A DNA stretch of 64,000 nucleotides from a bacterium (GTDB lineage: Bacteria; Patescibacteriota; Minisyncoccia; Phycocordibacterales; Phycocordibacteraceae): NCBI GenBank assembly GCA_021802705.1, contig JAJZRL010000003.1, positions 14,142 through 78,141 on the forward strand, given 5' to 3'. Of this stretch, positions 17,544 through 26,329 are shown one piece after another. Position 1 is the stretch's first letter. Every line of letters begins with the position of its first letter. The notes beneath the pieces were generated by a model. It searched no databases and was not told the origin of the DNA. It was given only the letters and a program-made list of their open reading frames with translations. A program made the position numbers and the translations under genes.

Positions 17544-18158
17544 TCAGAGAACAATGCGTGCGGTCCATCCGAACGTGAGCACGGCCGTAGCCGCGACAGG
17601 TATCCAGGTATCCCACAAGCTATGGAGCGGGTCTCCCGCGTACCACGTCGGCTTCACGATGCCGAGGACGACATGCGTACCGACCGCGACGTGAATCACG
17701 AGGAGCGCAGACACCATCCAGAGAAACCACGGCGGAGACAGAGGCGAGGTGCCGAAGTACAGCAAGAAGAGTGCGGCAAACGCTGCGGCCATGTAGAAGA
17801 CGTGGAAATATCCCGCAGCCGTCAGCTTTCCGAACTGCACATGCGCTTCAGGGTATTTAGCGCCAAGATATGTCAGATGCATGAGAATGCTACAGACGAA
17901 TCCGGCGAAAGCCGCCATGACAACGTTATATGACGACCATGCTGCACCATAGAGCGCCATAGTCGCTGCGACAAGCGGAGAGATGATGAAGACGTTACCC
18001 CACATGCCGCCATGGCAAAGAAATGGCAATCCCTTATCGTAGCCGGATGCACGCATTTGTGCCGGGGTAAGCATGCCATCGAACCATGAAAACAGTCCCT
18101 GTAACGCAACGAGTGACTCGCCTCCGGCGAGAACCTTCAAGAACGTTGTAGAGAACAC
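17544..18158 (-). CDS. Hypothetical polytopic membrane protein (GTG start)
   Basis: Hydrophobic throughout. GGAGG RBS 6 nt upstream of a GTG start codon, and a strong promoter at 18197..18225. Confidence 0.55.
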   Translation of the reverse strand: MFSTTFLKVLAGGESLVALQGLFSWFDGMLTPAQMRASGYDKGLPFLCHGGMWGNVFIISPLVAATMALYGAAWSSYNVVMAAFAGFVCSILMHLTYLGAKYPEAHVQFGKLTAAGYFHVFYMAAAFAALFLLYFGTSPLSPPWFLWMVSALLVIHVAVGTHVVLGIVKPTWYAGDPLHSLWDTWIPVAATAVLTFGWTARIVL

Positions 18159-18196
18159 GTGCTGCCTCCTTTCGAGGTTGGATCGATCTGAAATAA

Positions 18197-18225
18197 ATCA
18201 TACATCAAATGACTTTAAAAGTCAA
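18197..18225 (-). promoter_or_regulatory. Sigma-70-like promoter (TTGACT-17 nt-TATGAT)
   Basis: On the minus strand, TTGACTtttaaagtcatttgatgTATGAT lies ~45 nt upstream of the GGAGG RBS of 17544..18158. The palindromes TGACTTTAAAAGTCA and TGCACCCGGGTGCA overlap it. Confidence 0.55.
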
Positions 18226-18254
18226 ATGCACCCGGGTGCACCGTAAAACAAGAG

Positions 18255-18977
18255 TCAACGGACCGGCGTCCAATCGTCGGCGACGGCTTTGTCGAAAAGC
18301 GCGACGCTTATCGTGTTTATGGTCCAGATGAACCACAGCCGCGCCCAGCCGATGCGGTGCGCGCGGCGGGCGCCATGATAGATCTTGAGCTCGGGGTCGA
18401 AATACGTGCGGCCGACCTTCGAGATCCGATAGAAAAAATCGCCGTCCTCGCGCGTGACGAGATCCTCGCGGAAACCGCCGATCTTTTCGAAGGCGGTGCG
18501 CCGCACGAGCATGAATTTCCCCGACGCCTCCCCTTTCCGCAGGACGTTGTTCTGAAAGCGCAAGAGCGCGTTCAAGAAGCCGAAAGAAGCGCGATCGGCC
18601 CATGTCTCGACCGACGGCAAGGCATACTGCGGCCCGGTCACGCCGACGAGATCGGGATCCTTTTCAAAATGTGCAAACGCTCGTTCGAAAAAAACGTTCG
18701 GATCCGGAATGCGCGTGTCGGCATCGATGAAGGCGAGAAAGTCGCCATGCGCCGCCTTCGCCCCGTCGTTCCTGCCGATACCGGCGGTATGCTTCTTTCC
18801 CTCGAAAACGACGACCACGTGCGCGTGCTTGCGCGCTATTTCTGCCGTGCGGTCTTTGCTTCGGGCGTCCGAAACGACGACCTCGTGCGGCATCTTGAGC
18901 GCATCGCGCAGCTCGCGCAGGGTCTCGGCGATGGTTTTCTCTTCTTCGCGGGTGGGAATGATGACGGAGAGCAGCAT
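18255..18977 (-). CDS. Family-2 glycosyltransferase, dolichyl/polyprenyl-phosphate sugar synthase-like
   Basis: MLLSVIIPTREEE...AFIDADT... Start trimmed to the internal ATG; the ORF extends to 19025. Confidence 0.65.
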   Translation of the reverse strand: MLLSVIIPTREEEKTIAETLRELRDALKMPHEVVVSDARSKDRTAEIARKHAHVVVVFEGKKHTAGIGRNDGAKAAHGDFLAFIDADTRIPDPNVFFERAFAHFEKDPDLVGVTGPQYALPSVETWADRASFGFLNALLRFQNNVLRKGEASGKFMLVRRTAFEKIGGFREDLVTREDGDFFYRISKVGRTYFDPELKIYHGARRAHRIGWARLWFIWTINTISVALFDKAVADDWTPVR

Positions 18978-19005
18978 GTGCGGAGCGATTTCGGCGAGCG
19001 TACCA

Positions 19006-19590
19006 TTACCAATCGAGCGCCGCAAGCTTCTTGTTGATCGTCTTCAACGCGAAGAAGAAAGCGAACGGGACGGCGATGGCGATGGCGATCTGAAAGTCTT
19101 TCGGCACGTACTGCAGCAAGTTGCCGAAGTAGTAACCGATACCCATGAGGAAAAGGATCCAGACGATGCCCCCGAGCACGTTAATCGTGACGTACCGCAC
19201 GAAGGAGATGCGCAACATGCCGGCAACGGTCAAGATGACCGCCGCAAGCCCGAGTCCCATCGTGAGCTTCGAAATGACCAGGATACGCGTGTGGTAACGG
19301 TGGAAACGGCGCTCTATCCTCCCGATAACTTCGGGCGTCGCGTTGATAAGGTACCCCCAGCGGGCGAAAAACGGACGGGCGGCGAAATATCCGATGGCGT
19401 ACCACATGATATCCGAGAGGATGTCGCCCGCCATAAGAGCGAGGTACGCGGGCCAGAATCTGACGACGCCGATGTGCCAGAGAAGGCCGGTAGTCATCAT
19501 GACCGCCGAGCCTTCGAAGAAAGACCCGAGAAATATGAGGATGTATTTCGAACCCTCGAGAAACGCGATGAATGCGGCAAAGAGGCTCAT
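19006..19590 (-). CDS. DedA/SNARE-associated (TVP38) family membrane protein
   Basis: DedA signature region VMMTTGLL...YLALMAGDILSDIMWYAIGYF. Confidence 0.7.
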   Translation of the reverse strand: MSLFAAFIAFLEGSKYILIFLGSFFEGSAVMMTTGLLWHIGVVRFWPAYLALMAGDILSDIMWYAIGYFAARPFFARWGYLINATPEVIGRIERRFHRYHTRILVISKLTMGLGLAAVILTVAGMLRISFVRYVTINVLGGIVWILFLMGIGYYFGNLLQYVPKDFQIAIAIAVPFAFFFALKTINKKLAALDW

Positions 19591-19696
19591 AGAAACGCAT
19601 TCATCAGTATAGCAAAGGATGCCGTTGCGTTAACCGACGTAAGGCTGAAAGCTTCGGAGCCAAGGCTCGTCCTCTCTCGCCGCTAAGCCATCCGGA

Positions 19697-20266
19697 CTAT
19701 TTAAGAGCGATACCGGAACTGCCGTTCACGATCGCGGCGAGCTGCTCCTGCGTTTTCGGAAGATTGCCCGGATGGCTCAGATCGATGTGTCCGACGACAC
19801 GGATGCTTGTGCCGCCGCAGACGCCGAGGATCGTTCCCGCATTTTTCACGCTGCCGTCCCCCATGATGTAGTTCGATGCCGTGCTGAAAAGGACGTCAAC
19901 ACGGTCGGTGTAGCGCGCGTTCATCGTATCGGCGATGACACGGTAGCCGATGATCGGCTCCACGATGTTATATCCGCAGGGATATTCCGGCGAGGAAGGC
20001 CCGCGTATCTCGATGATGGTCCCGAACGGGAGCTCGCTTGCAAGATCGCGCGAACGCGCCGCGACGACCTCGGGGTTCGAGTAGGCGCCAGAGGCGGTTA
20101 CGAGCGGGTCGCTGTCAGTCTGTGCCGGTACCGCATTGTATGCGGTGAGCGTCACAGTGTAGCTTTTCTGTACGAAGGGAACCATCGGGGCGTCGGCCTG
20201 GGCCGGCAACGCCGCGATGGCGCTCGACAAAAAGAAAAAGCCCATAAGGGCTCCGAGAATAGGCAT
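19697..20266 (-). CDS. Secreted 3D-domain (MltA/YocH-like) cell-wall protein
   Basis: Signal peptide, then VTLTAYNAVPAQTDSDPLVTASGAYSNPEVVAARSRDLASELPFGTIIEI...YRVIADTMNARYTDRVDVLF (3D-domain pattern with conserved Asp residues). Confidence 0.65.
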   Translation of the reverse strand: MPILGALMGFFFLSSAIAALPAQADAPMVPFVQKSYTVTLTAYNAVPAQTDSDPLVTASGAYSNPEVVAARSRDLASELPFGTIIEIRGPSSPEYPCGYNIVEPIIGYRVIADTMNARYTDRVDVLFSTASNYIMGDGSVKNAGTILGVCGGTSIRVVGHIDLSHPGNLPKTQEQLAAIVNGSSGIALK

Positions 20267-20310
20267 TGGTTTTGTTTACCGAAACAGCATGCAACTGCCT
20301 CGTTATTTTC

Positions 20311-20339
20311 ATCTTAGCATACTATGCTTGCGGTGTCAA
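20311..20339 (-). promoter_or_regulatory. Sigma-70-like promoter (TTGACA-17 nt-TAAGAT) for the 3D-domain gene
   Basis: Minus strand: gcaTTGACAccgcaagcatagtatgcTAAGATgaaa, ~45 nt upstream of the ATG. Confidence 0.45.
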
Positions 20340-20354
20340 TGCTTTTCTATGCAA

Positions 20355-20849
20355 TTAGACGACCGGCGCGATAGCGCCGATGAGGACGCCGATGAGTATC
20401 GCCGAGCCTCCGAGAAGCGCCATTCTCGCGCCGCGCCAGATACGGGGAAGGTTGGCGAGCCGCGCGCTTATCATACCGACGACGAAAAGCACCAGGACGG
20501 AGACGGTGATGGAGACAGGAAGCGCGATGTGCGGGGAGAAAAGGAGATACGGGATGAGCGGGACAAAAGAAGAGAGCACGAAGGAAGCGAACATGATGGC
20601 GGCTGCGAATACGGAAGGGCCGTCGGCGACATCCGATCGGTTCGTATACTCCTCTGCCGATTCTTCGGAGAGGAAGTTCCCGACAGCCATCGAAAAGGCC
20701 TCGACGAAAGCATAGATGATGCCGGTAAGCGCGATGATCATGTGCGGAGTTCCGGCGACGGCGATGCCGGCAAGCAACCCGACGGTAGAGACGAGACTGT
20801 CGATGATTCCGAAAACTATCGTGCGCAGGTATAAGGCGCGGGTCTTCAT
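20355..20849 (-). CDS. VIT1/CCC1-family iron/manganese transporter (short form)
   Basis: GIIDSLVSTVGLLAGIAVAG..., five TM helices typical of the VIT family. Confidence 0.6.
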   Translation of the reverse strand: MKTRALYLRTIVFGIIDSLVSTVGLLAGIAVAGTPHMIIALTGIIYAFVEAFSMAVGNFLSEESAEEYTNRSDVADGPSVFAAAIMFASFVLSSFVPLIPYLLFSPHIALPVSITVSVLVLFVVGMISARLANLPRIWRGARMALLGGSAILIGVLIGAIAPVV

Positions 20850-20879
20850 GCGTTCATGGTAACACGCATAACAAAACCC

Positions 20880-20908
20880 CGAACCGTTACGGTTCGGGGC
20901 CTAAACGC
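20880..20908 (-). terminator. Rho-independent terminator of the PLP-enzyme gene
   Basis: CCCCGAACCG-TTA-CGGTTCGGGG, a 10-bp stem followed on the minus strand by TTTTGTT. Confidence 0.75.
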
Positions 20909-20914
20909 ACTCTG

Positions 20915-21904
20915 TCAACGCTCGGTTCCTTCAAATCCCTGATCGGGATCGAGTTCGCCGGTTGTCCGCTCAGTGTAGAAACGACCGTCGTCCGGGCATA
21001 TAAACGCTACGCGCTTCCCACGAAGGCTTTCAAGCGCATCCGGAGTAAGCGATCCAAGATGCTGCTCGAGCCCTCCCCATGCGAGCCCCGAAGTGGGGCC
21101 CGGCTGAGGCTCGACAGCGCTCCAGAGCTGCCGCATCCTGTTGAAAGATTCCTTGCGGCTTATCTCAACGACGGCATCAACCGCCTCCTTCCAGGGAAAG
21201 GTCACGACCTCTTCCATGCGCAGCCGATCGCGAGCTCCTGGAACCTGTTCACCGATAGCAGGCCGGACACCGATGACGACCGTTTCCGGATGTTTTCGCT
21301 TCAGGAAACGGCCGATGCCGGTAACCGTACCCCCGGAACCCATCGCGACGGCGATAACAGCGATGGAATCGCCAACCGAACGCAGCACTTCAGGACCCGT
21401 ATACAGCTCATGCGCGCGTACGTTGCCCATGTGGCTGTACTGGTTCAGGTGATAGTGGCCCGGCTTCTGCGCTTCTTCGAGCGCCTCTTGTGCGACGCTC
21501 TTGCCGCCGCGAACGCTGTGGACGTCTACCGAAGAGAGTGCCGCGAGGATGCCTTTTTTGCTTTCAGGGACATCGGCGGCCATTATCGTCTTGATCTCAC
21601 GGAAACCGAAAGCCGGAGCGATCCGCGCGACGGCATGGGCGGTATTGCCGCTTGAATCGACGACAATGGTGTGTTTGTCGTCATAGAGGCCGTTCTGAAA
21701 GTCCTCGAGCATCATCTGGAATGTCGGTATGCTCTTGATGTGAGGAAATGTTTTGAACGGGATCAATGCAGCGACCTCGATACCGTATGAAGCAAAGAGG
21801 TTAAGACGCGGCGGAAGCCACGCCACGCTTAAGAAGCGCTTTCCCCGTGGATCCAGGCTCTGAAAGATCGGATCCCCATAGACCTGTTCGAGAGTTCGTT
21901 TCAT
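20915..21904 (-). CDS. PLP-dependent enzyme of the cysteine synthase/tryptophan-synthase-beta (fold-type II) family
   Basis: VDSSGNTAHAVA (PLP-lysine region context) and the glycine-rich loop GSGGTVTGIGRF. AAAGGAG RBS before the internal ATG (MKRTLEQ). The upstream in-frame extension to 22012 has no RBS. Confidence 0.6.
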   Translation of the reverse strand: MKRTLEQVYGDPIFQSLDPRGKRFLSVAWLPPRLNLFASYGIEVAALIPFKTFPHIKSIPTFQMMLEDFQNGLYDDKHTIVVDSSGNTAHAVARIAPAFGFREIKTIMAADVPESKKGILAALSSVDVHSVRGGKSVAQEALEEAQKPGHYHLNQYSHMGNVRAHELYTGPEVLRSVGDSIAVIAVAMGSGGTVTGIGRFLKRKHPETVVIGVRPAIGEQVPGARDRLRMEEVVTFPWKEAVDAVVEISRKESFNRMRQLWSAVEPQPGPTSGLAWGGLEQHLGSLTPDALESLRGKRVAFICPDDGRFYTERTTGELDPDQGFEGTER

Positions 21905-22022
21905 CAGTATCTCCTTTCGAAAAAACAGAACAAATGTGCGCTTTTCCTGATACGGAAAAGCTTCTTCTAGGAGCATACGCCGGAAAACAAAAACGGCAAA
22001 TCCGCGCCGCACTGCCGTATGC

Positions 22023-22406
22023 CTACGCTGGCCGCCAACCTTTTTTTACTTCGGTAATCCGGTTCGCGTCGTCCATGAAAACGACGGTGGGGCTCATTTT
22101 TTCCGCTTCCTCCATCGAAACCCATGCTTCGCCGAGGATGATGACCTTGTCTCCTTTCTGAAAGATGCGGGCGGGCGGTCCGTTGAGGATGATCTCACCC
22201 TTCCCCTTCTCTCCCTTCACGATGTACGTCCGCCAAAGAACGGCATTCGAGACGTTCGTTATCTGCACCATCTGCCCCGGAACGAGGCCGGCAGCTTCAA
22301 GGAGCATCTCGTCGATGGTAATCGATCCGACATAATTCAAGTCGGCGTCAGTTACCGTCGCGCGGTGCAGTTTTGCAATACAGACGTTTACCAGCATGCG
22401 GTGCAT
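22023..22406 (-). CDS. panD: Aspartate 1-decarboxylase
   Basis: MHRMLVNVCIAKLHRATVTDADLNYVGSITID...NGPPARIFQKGDKVIILGEA matches the PanD N-terminal and pyruvoyl-processing region (G-S site in YVGSITID). Confidence 0.8.
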   Translation of the reverse strand: MHRMLVNVCIAKLHRATVTDADLNYVGSITIDEMLLEAAGLVPGQMVQITNVSNAVLWRTYIVKGEKGKGEIILNGPPARIFQKGDKVIILGEAWVSMEEAEKMSPTVVFMDDANRITEVKKGWRPA

Positions 22407-22410
22407 GGTA

Positions 22411-22425
22411 ACACACAATGTGTGT
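22411..22425. promoter_or_regulatory. Perfect 15-bp palindrome ACACACAATGTGTGT in the panD/GH130 divergent region (possible operator)
   Basis: Starts 5 bp beyond the panD start codon; the nearby CCCGC-CATA-GCGGG hairpin is followed by TGATATTCT. Confidence 0.3.
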
Positions 22426-22479
22426 ATTTCCCATGTTTTCCCGCCATAGCGGGTGATATTCTAAATAGAGCGTACGCTC

Positions 22480-23643
22480 ATGAGCTTCCTTTTCTTCGTC
22501 AACATCCTTGCACTGCTCTTTTCCTTCTTCGTCATCGGAGCTCTTTTGGGCGCCGCTTTCTCAAAACCTTTCCGGAAAAAGCTGCTCGGGCGCCTGCAAG
22601 AGTACCGTTTCCTCCTTACCCGATCCGTCCGCAACCCGATCCTTATGCCGGGCGCGACGCCATGGACCGCCGAGGCGGTCTTGAATCCGGCGGCTATCGT
22701 TCTCGGAGGCAGGACCCATCTCGTCTATCGTGCCATCGGCATGGACGGCGTATCGCGGCTCGGCTATGCCTCAAGCGGGGAAGGATTCATCTTCGATGAT
22801 CGGCCTCCCTACCCTGTCTATGTCGTTCAGAATCCGCGGAATAGCAAAGGCGGGGTGCGCCGGTATTCCCCCGTCCTTTATCCTTCAGGCGGAAGCTGGG
22901 GCGGCTGCGAAGATCCGCGCATGGTCGCTATAGACGGACAGATTTACGTCACCTACAACGCATTTGACGGATGGGACTTCATCCGCGTCGCTTTCACCTC
23001 CATTTCCGAGGAGGACTTCCTCGCAAAGCGTTTTTCGAGATGGAGCGCGCCAAAACTCCTTTCGCCGGAAGGCGAACGTCATAAGAACTGGGTCTTATTC
23101 CCTGAAAAAATAAACGGAAAGTTCGCCATTCTTCATAACCTGCACACCACTGACCCGAACCATGTTTGCGTCGAATATATCGACGACCTTGCAGCATACG
23201 ATCCGAAACGGAACCCCATCAAGAGCGCCGATCCGGCGGCGACTCCTCCCCGCGCGATCGCGTGGCACCACCGCATGCGCAGCGCCGGACCGCCGCCGGT
23301 AAAGACAGAGTACGGATGGCTCGTCCTCTATCATGCGACAAGCGAGAATGAGGGTCATCGTTACAAGCTCGGTGCGATGCTCCTCGACCTTCAAGACCCG
23401 ACAAAAGTGCGGGCGCGCGCGCAAGCTCCGATCCTCGCTCCGGACGAGCATTACGAGAACAACGGCAAACCGGGTATCGTCTATGCCTGTGGCGCTGTCG
23501 TACGAGACGATACCCTTTTCGTTTATTACGGAGGGGCCGATAAGGTCGTCTGCGTCGCGACTTCGCCGCTCAAGACGTTCCTCGATGCGCTCCTCGAAGA
23601 AGACAGTCCTTCGCTTTCCCCTCAGGCAGCTCGAATCAGCTGA
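22480..23643 (+). CDS. GH130-family (DUF377) glycoside hydrolase/phosphorylase-like protein with N-terminal TM helix
   Basis: GCEDPRMV motif, beta-propeller repeats, and LYHATSENEGHRYKLGAMLLDLQDP typical of GH130. Confidence 0.7.
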   Translation: MSFLFFVNILALLFSFFVIGALLGAAFSKPFRKKLLGRLQEYRFLLTRSVRNPILMPGATPWTAEAVLNPAAIVLGGRTHLVYRAIGMDGVSRLGYASSGEGFIFDDRPPYPVYVVQNPRNSKGGVRRYSPVLYPSGGSWGGCEDPRMVAIDGQIYVTYNAFDGWDFIRVAFTSISEEDFLAKRFSRWSAPKLLSPEGERHKNWVLFPEKINGKFAILHNLHTTDPNHVCVEYIDDLAAYDPKRNPIKSADPAATPPRAIAWHHRMRSAGPPPVKTEYGWLVLYHATSENEGHRYKLGAMLLDLQDPTKVRARAQAPILAPDEHYENNGKPGIVYACGAVVRDDTLFVYYGGADKVVCVATSPLKTFLDALLEEDSPSLSPQAARIS

Positions 23644-23652
23644 TCACGCTAT

Positions 23653-25563
23653 ATGTTCATCGTCCGCCGAGAACCGCATAACCCGATACTCTCCCCTCAG
23701 CACGAGCGGCCGTGGGAAGCTATCGCGACATTCAATCCTTCAGCCGTGAGAACGGGAGAAGGTGTGCGGCTTTATTATCGCGCGCTCGGTAACCCGGACG
23801 CGCTCCAGACGCCGCATGCCGGCCTTTCGACAGTCGGAACGGCTTTTGCCGAAGACGGCGTCCATTTCCACTCGCGACGGCAGGTGCTGGCGCCGGAAAC
23901 CGACTGGGACCGCTTCGGCTGTGAAGACCCGCGCGTGACGTTCTTCGAAGGCCGGTGGTATTGCTTCTATACGGCGCTTGGCGGCTATCCTTTCGGGCCG
24001 GAAAATATCAAGGTCGGTCTTGCTATCGGAGACGCTCCCGAGCATTTCATCGAACGCCACCTCATCACGCCGTTTAACGCGAAAGCGGCGACTCTTTTCC
24101 CCGAGCGCGTAGACGGCGACATCATCCTGCTCCTTACCGCGCACACCGACTGGACAGCCGAACATCCGCGTCCGACCATCGCGCTTGCCCGCGCGAAACG
24201 CATCGAGGACTTCTTCGATCCGAGCTACTGGCAACGCTTTCACGAACGGCTTGCCGAACACGCGCTTCCGGAACTGCGGCGTATCGACGGCGACCACATC
24301 GAGGTCGGCGCGTCGCCGGTCAAGACCGAAAAAGGATGGCTTCTCGTGTATTCCTACATTCAGGATTACTACGATGAACGGAAACGGCTCTTTTCCATCG
24401 AAGCGGCGCTGCTTGACGCGAACGATCCTCAAAAACTCATTTCGCGTACCGAATCGTTTCTCGTCCCCGAAGAGGCATATGAACGTTACGGCATCATACC
24501 GAACATCGTCTTCCCGGCGAGCGCGACCAGCAACGGCGACCGGCTGGATATCTGGTACGGAGCTGCTGATACCGTCTGTGCGAAAGCGAGCGTCCGGCTC
24601 GCCGACCTCTTACGCGCGCTTGATCCGGAGAAGCCGGCGCGCACCTTCACGCGCGCTCCAGAGAATCCCATCCTCAAGCCGCGCGATGGGTTCGAGAGCC
24701 GCGCGGTATTCAATGCCGCGGCGTTTGATCTTGACGGAGCCGTCCATATCCTCTATCGCGCGATGGATGCCGATAACACCTCAACCATAGGCCTTGCCAT
24801 CTCGAAGGACGGGATCACTGTCGACGAACGTCTTCCAAGCCCGATATACGCTCCACGCGCCGATTTCGAACAGAAGAAAGGCAGTCCGACAGGAAACTCC
24901 GGCTGCGAAGATCCGCGGATTGTCCGTATCGACGACACCCTTTATCTTACCTATACCGCGTACGACGGCGTGCATGCGCCCGCCGGGGCGTTTTCATCAA
25001 TAAGCGTGGAGGATTTCCGCGCGAGGCGGTTCGACCGCTGGAGCGCTCCGCTTCTCCTTACGCCAGAGGGGTTCGACGACAAGGACCTCGCCCTGCTTCC
25101 CGCGAAACTGGACGGGAACTATCTGCTCTACCACCGCATCAACAATCAGATTTGCGCCGACCTCGTGCCGGACCTCGCTTCGGGGAAACGCGTAAGCCGC
25201 TGCATCACGATCATCGAGCCTCGGCGCGGCATGTGGGACGGGGTCAAGGTCGGCAGTGCGGCGCCTCCCGTCAAGGTCGGCGACAACTGGCTCATGATCT
25301 ATCACGGGGTTTCGCGCCACGCGACCTACCGCCTCGGCGCGGCATTGCTCGACCCTTCGGGCATAGAAGTCCTCGCGCGTTCCGCCGATCCGCTTTTTGA
25401 ACCGCTCGAGCCTTACGAGAAGGAAGGCGAAGTCGCAAACGTCGTCTTCTCGTGCGGAACCGTCGTCCGGGGCGACGAGCTCCTCCTCTATTATGGCGGC
25501 GCCGACAAGGTTACGGGAGTGGCGACCGCTTCTCTTCATCATATCCTTGCTGCCCTCTCATGA
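23653..25563 (+). CDS. Tandem-duplicated GH130-family protein (two GH130 modules, 636 aa)
   Basis: Two copies of the GH130 signature: FGCEDPRVTFFEGRWY...KTEKGWLLVYSY... and NSGCEDPRIVRIDDTLYL...GDNWLMIYHGVS... Confidence 0.7.
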   Translation: MFIVRREPHNPILSPQHERPWEAIATFNPSAVRTGEGVRLYYRALGNPDALQTPHAGLSTVGTAFAEDGVHFHSRRQVLAPETDWDRFGCEDPRVTFFEGRWYCFYTALGGYPFGPENIKVGLAIGDAPEHFIERHLITPFNAKAATLFPERVDGDIILLLTAHTDWTAEHPRPTIALARAKRIEDFFDPSYWQRFHERLAEHALPELRRIDGDHIEVGASPVKTEKGWLLVYSYIQDYYDERKRLFSIEAALLDANDPQKLISRTESFLVPEEAYERYGIIPNIVFPASATSNGDRLDIWYGAADTVCAKASVRLADLLRALDPEKPARTFTRAPENPILKPRDGFESRAVFNAAAFDLDGAVHILYRAMDADNTSTIGLAISKDGITVDERLPSPIYAPRADFEQKKGSPTGNSGCEDPRIVRIDDTLYLTYTAYDGVHAPAGAFSSISVEDFRARRFDRWSAPLLLTPEGFDDKDLALLPAKLDGNYLLYHRINNQICADLVPDLASGKRVSRCITIIEPRRGMWDGVKVGSAAPPVKVGDNWLMIYHGVSRHATYRLGAALLDPSGIEVLARSADPLFEPLEPYEKEGEVANVVFSCGTVVRGDELLLYYGGADKVTGVATASLHHILAALS

Positions 25564-26309
25564 AGCTCCCGCCGCTCGTCGTCTTCGATCTTGACGGTAC
25601 GCTCGCCGAAAGCAAGCAAGCGCTTACGAACGAGATGGCGACCCTCCTTGCGCGGCTCCTCGAAGTTACGCGCGTTGCCATCGTTTCGGGAGGCGCGCTC
25701 CCGCAGTTCCTAAAACAGGTCGTCGAGCATCTGCCGAAAGACGCGGGACTTGCGCATCTATATCTTCTCCCGACCTCAGGCGGAGCGCTTTACGAATGGT
25801 CGGGGAACGGTTGGAATAAAGTGTACGAAGAACGTCTCTCGGAGAAAGAAACGAGGTCCGCCATGTCCGCAATCGATTCAGCCATGGCAGAAACGAAAGT
25901 GATCGACCTGTCCCGTCCGGCGTACGGAGACCGTGTCGAGCATCGCGGAAGCCAGATAACGCTGTCCGCGCTCGGCCAGCGCGCGCCGCTTACGCTGAAA
26001 AAAGAGTGGGACATCGATCATACGAAACGGCAAGCCCTTCAAGCGGCTCTCTCGGAAAGGCTTCCGGATTTCTCGGTCTCGATGGGCGGAACGACTTCGA
26101 TCGACATAACGAAACGTAATATCGACAAAGCCTACGGCATCCGCAAGCTCTGCGAGCGGCTCCGCGTGAGCGAGTCGGACGCGCTCTACATCGGCGACGA
26201 GCTCATCGCGAACGGCAACGACGAAGCCGTTTTCAAGACCGACGTACGCGTGCGCGCCGTATCGAGCCCGGAAGAAACCGCAGAGATCATACGGTCTCTC
26301 GTGCTCTGA
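25560..26309 (+). CDS. HAD-superfamily hydrolase, subfamily IIB (sugar-phosphate phosphatase-like)
   Basis: VVFDLDGTL (DxDGT motif I) and GDELIANGND (motif IV). ATGA start/stop overlap with the upstream GH130 gene. Confidence 0.7.
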   Translation: MKLPPLVVFDLDGTLAESKQALTNEMATLLARLLEVTRVAIVSGGALPQFLKQVVEHLPKDAGLAHLYLLPTSGGALYEWSGNGWNKVYEERLSEKETRSAMSAIDSAMAETKVIDLSRPAYGDRVEHRGSQITLSALGQRAPLTLKKEWDIDHTKRQALQAALSERLPDFSVSMGGTTSIDITKRNIDKAYGIRKLCERLRVSESDALYIGDELIANGNDEAVFKTDVRVRAVSSPEETAEIIRSLVL

Positions 26310-26329
26310 ACCTCAATCGTATCCCGCAA

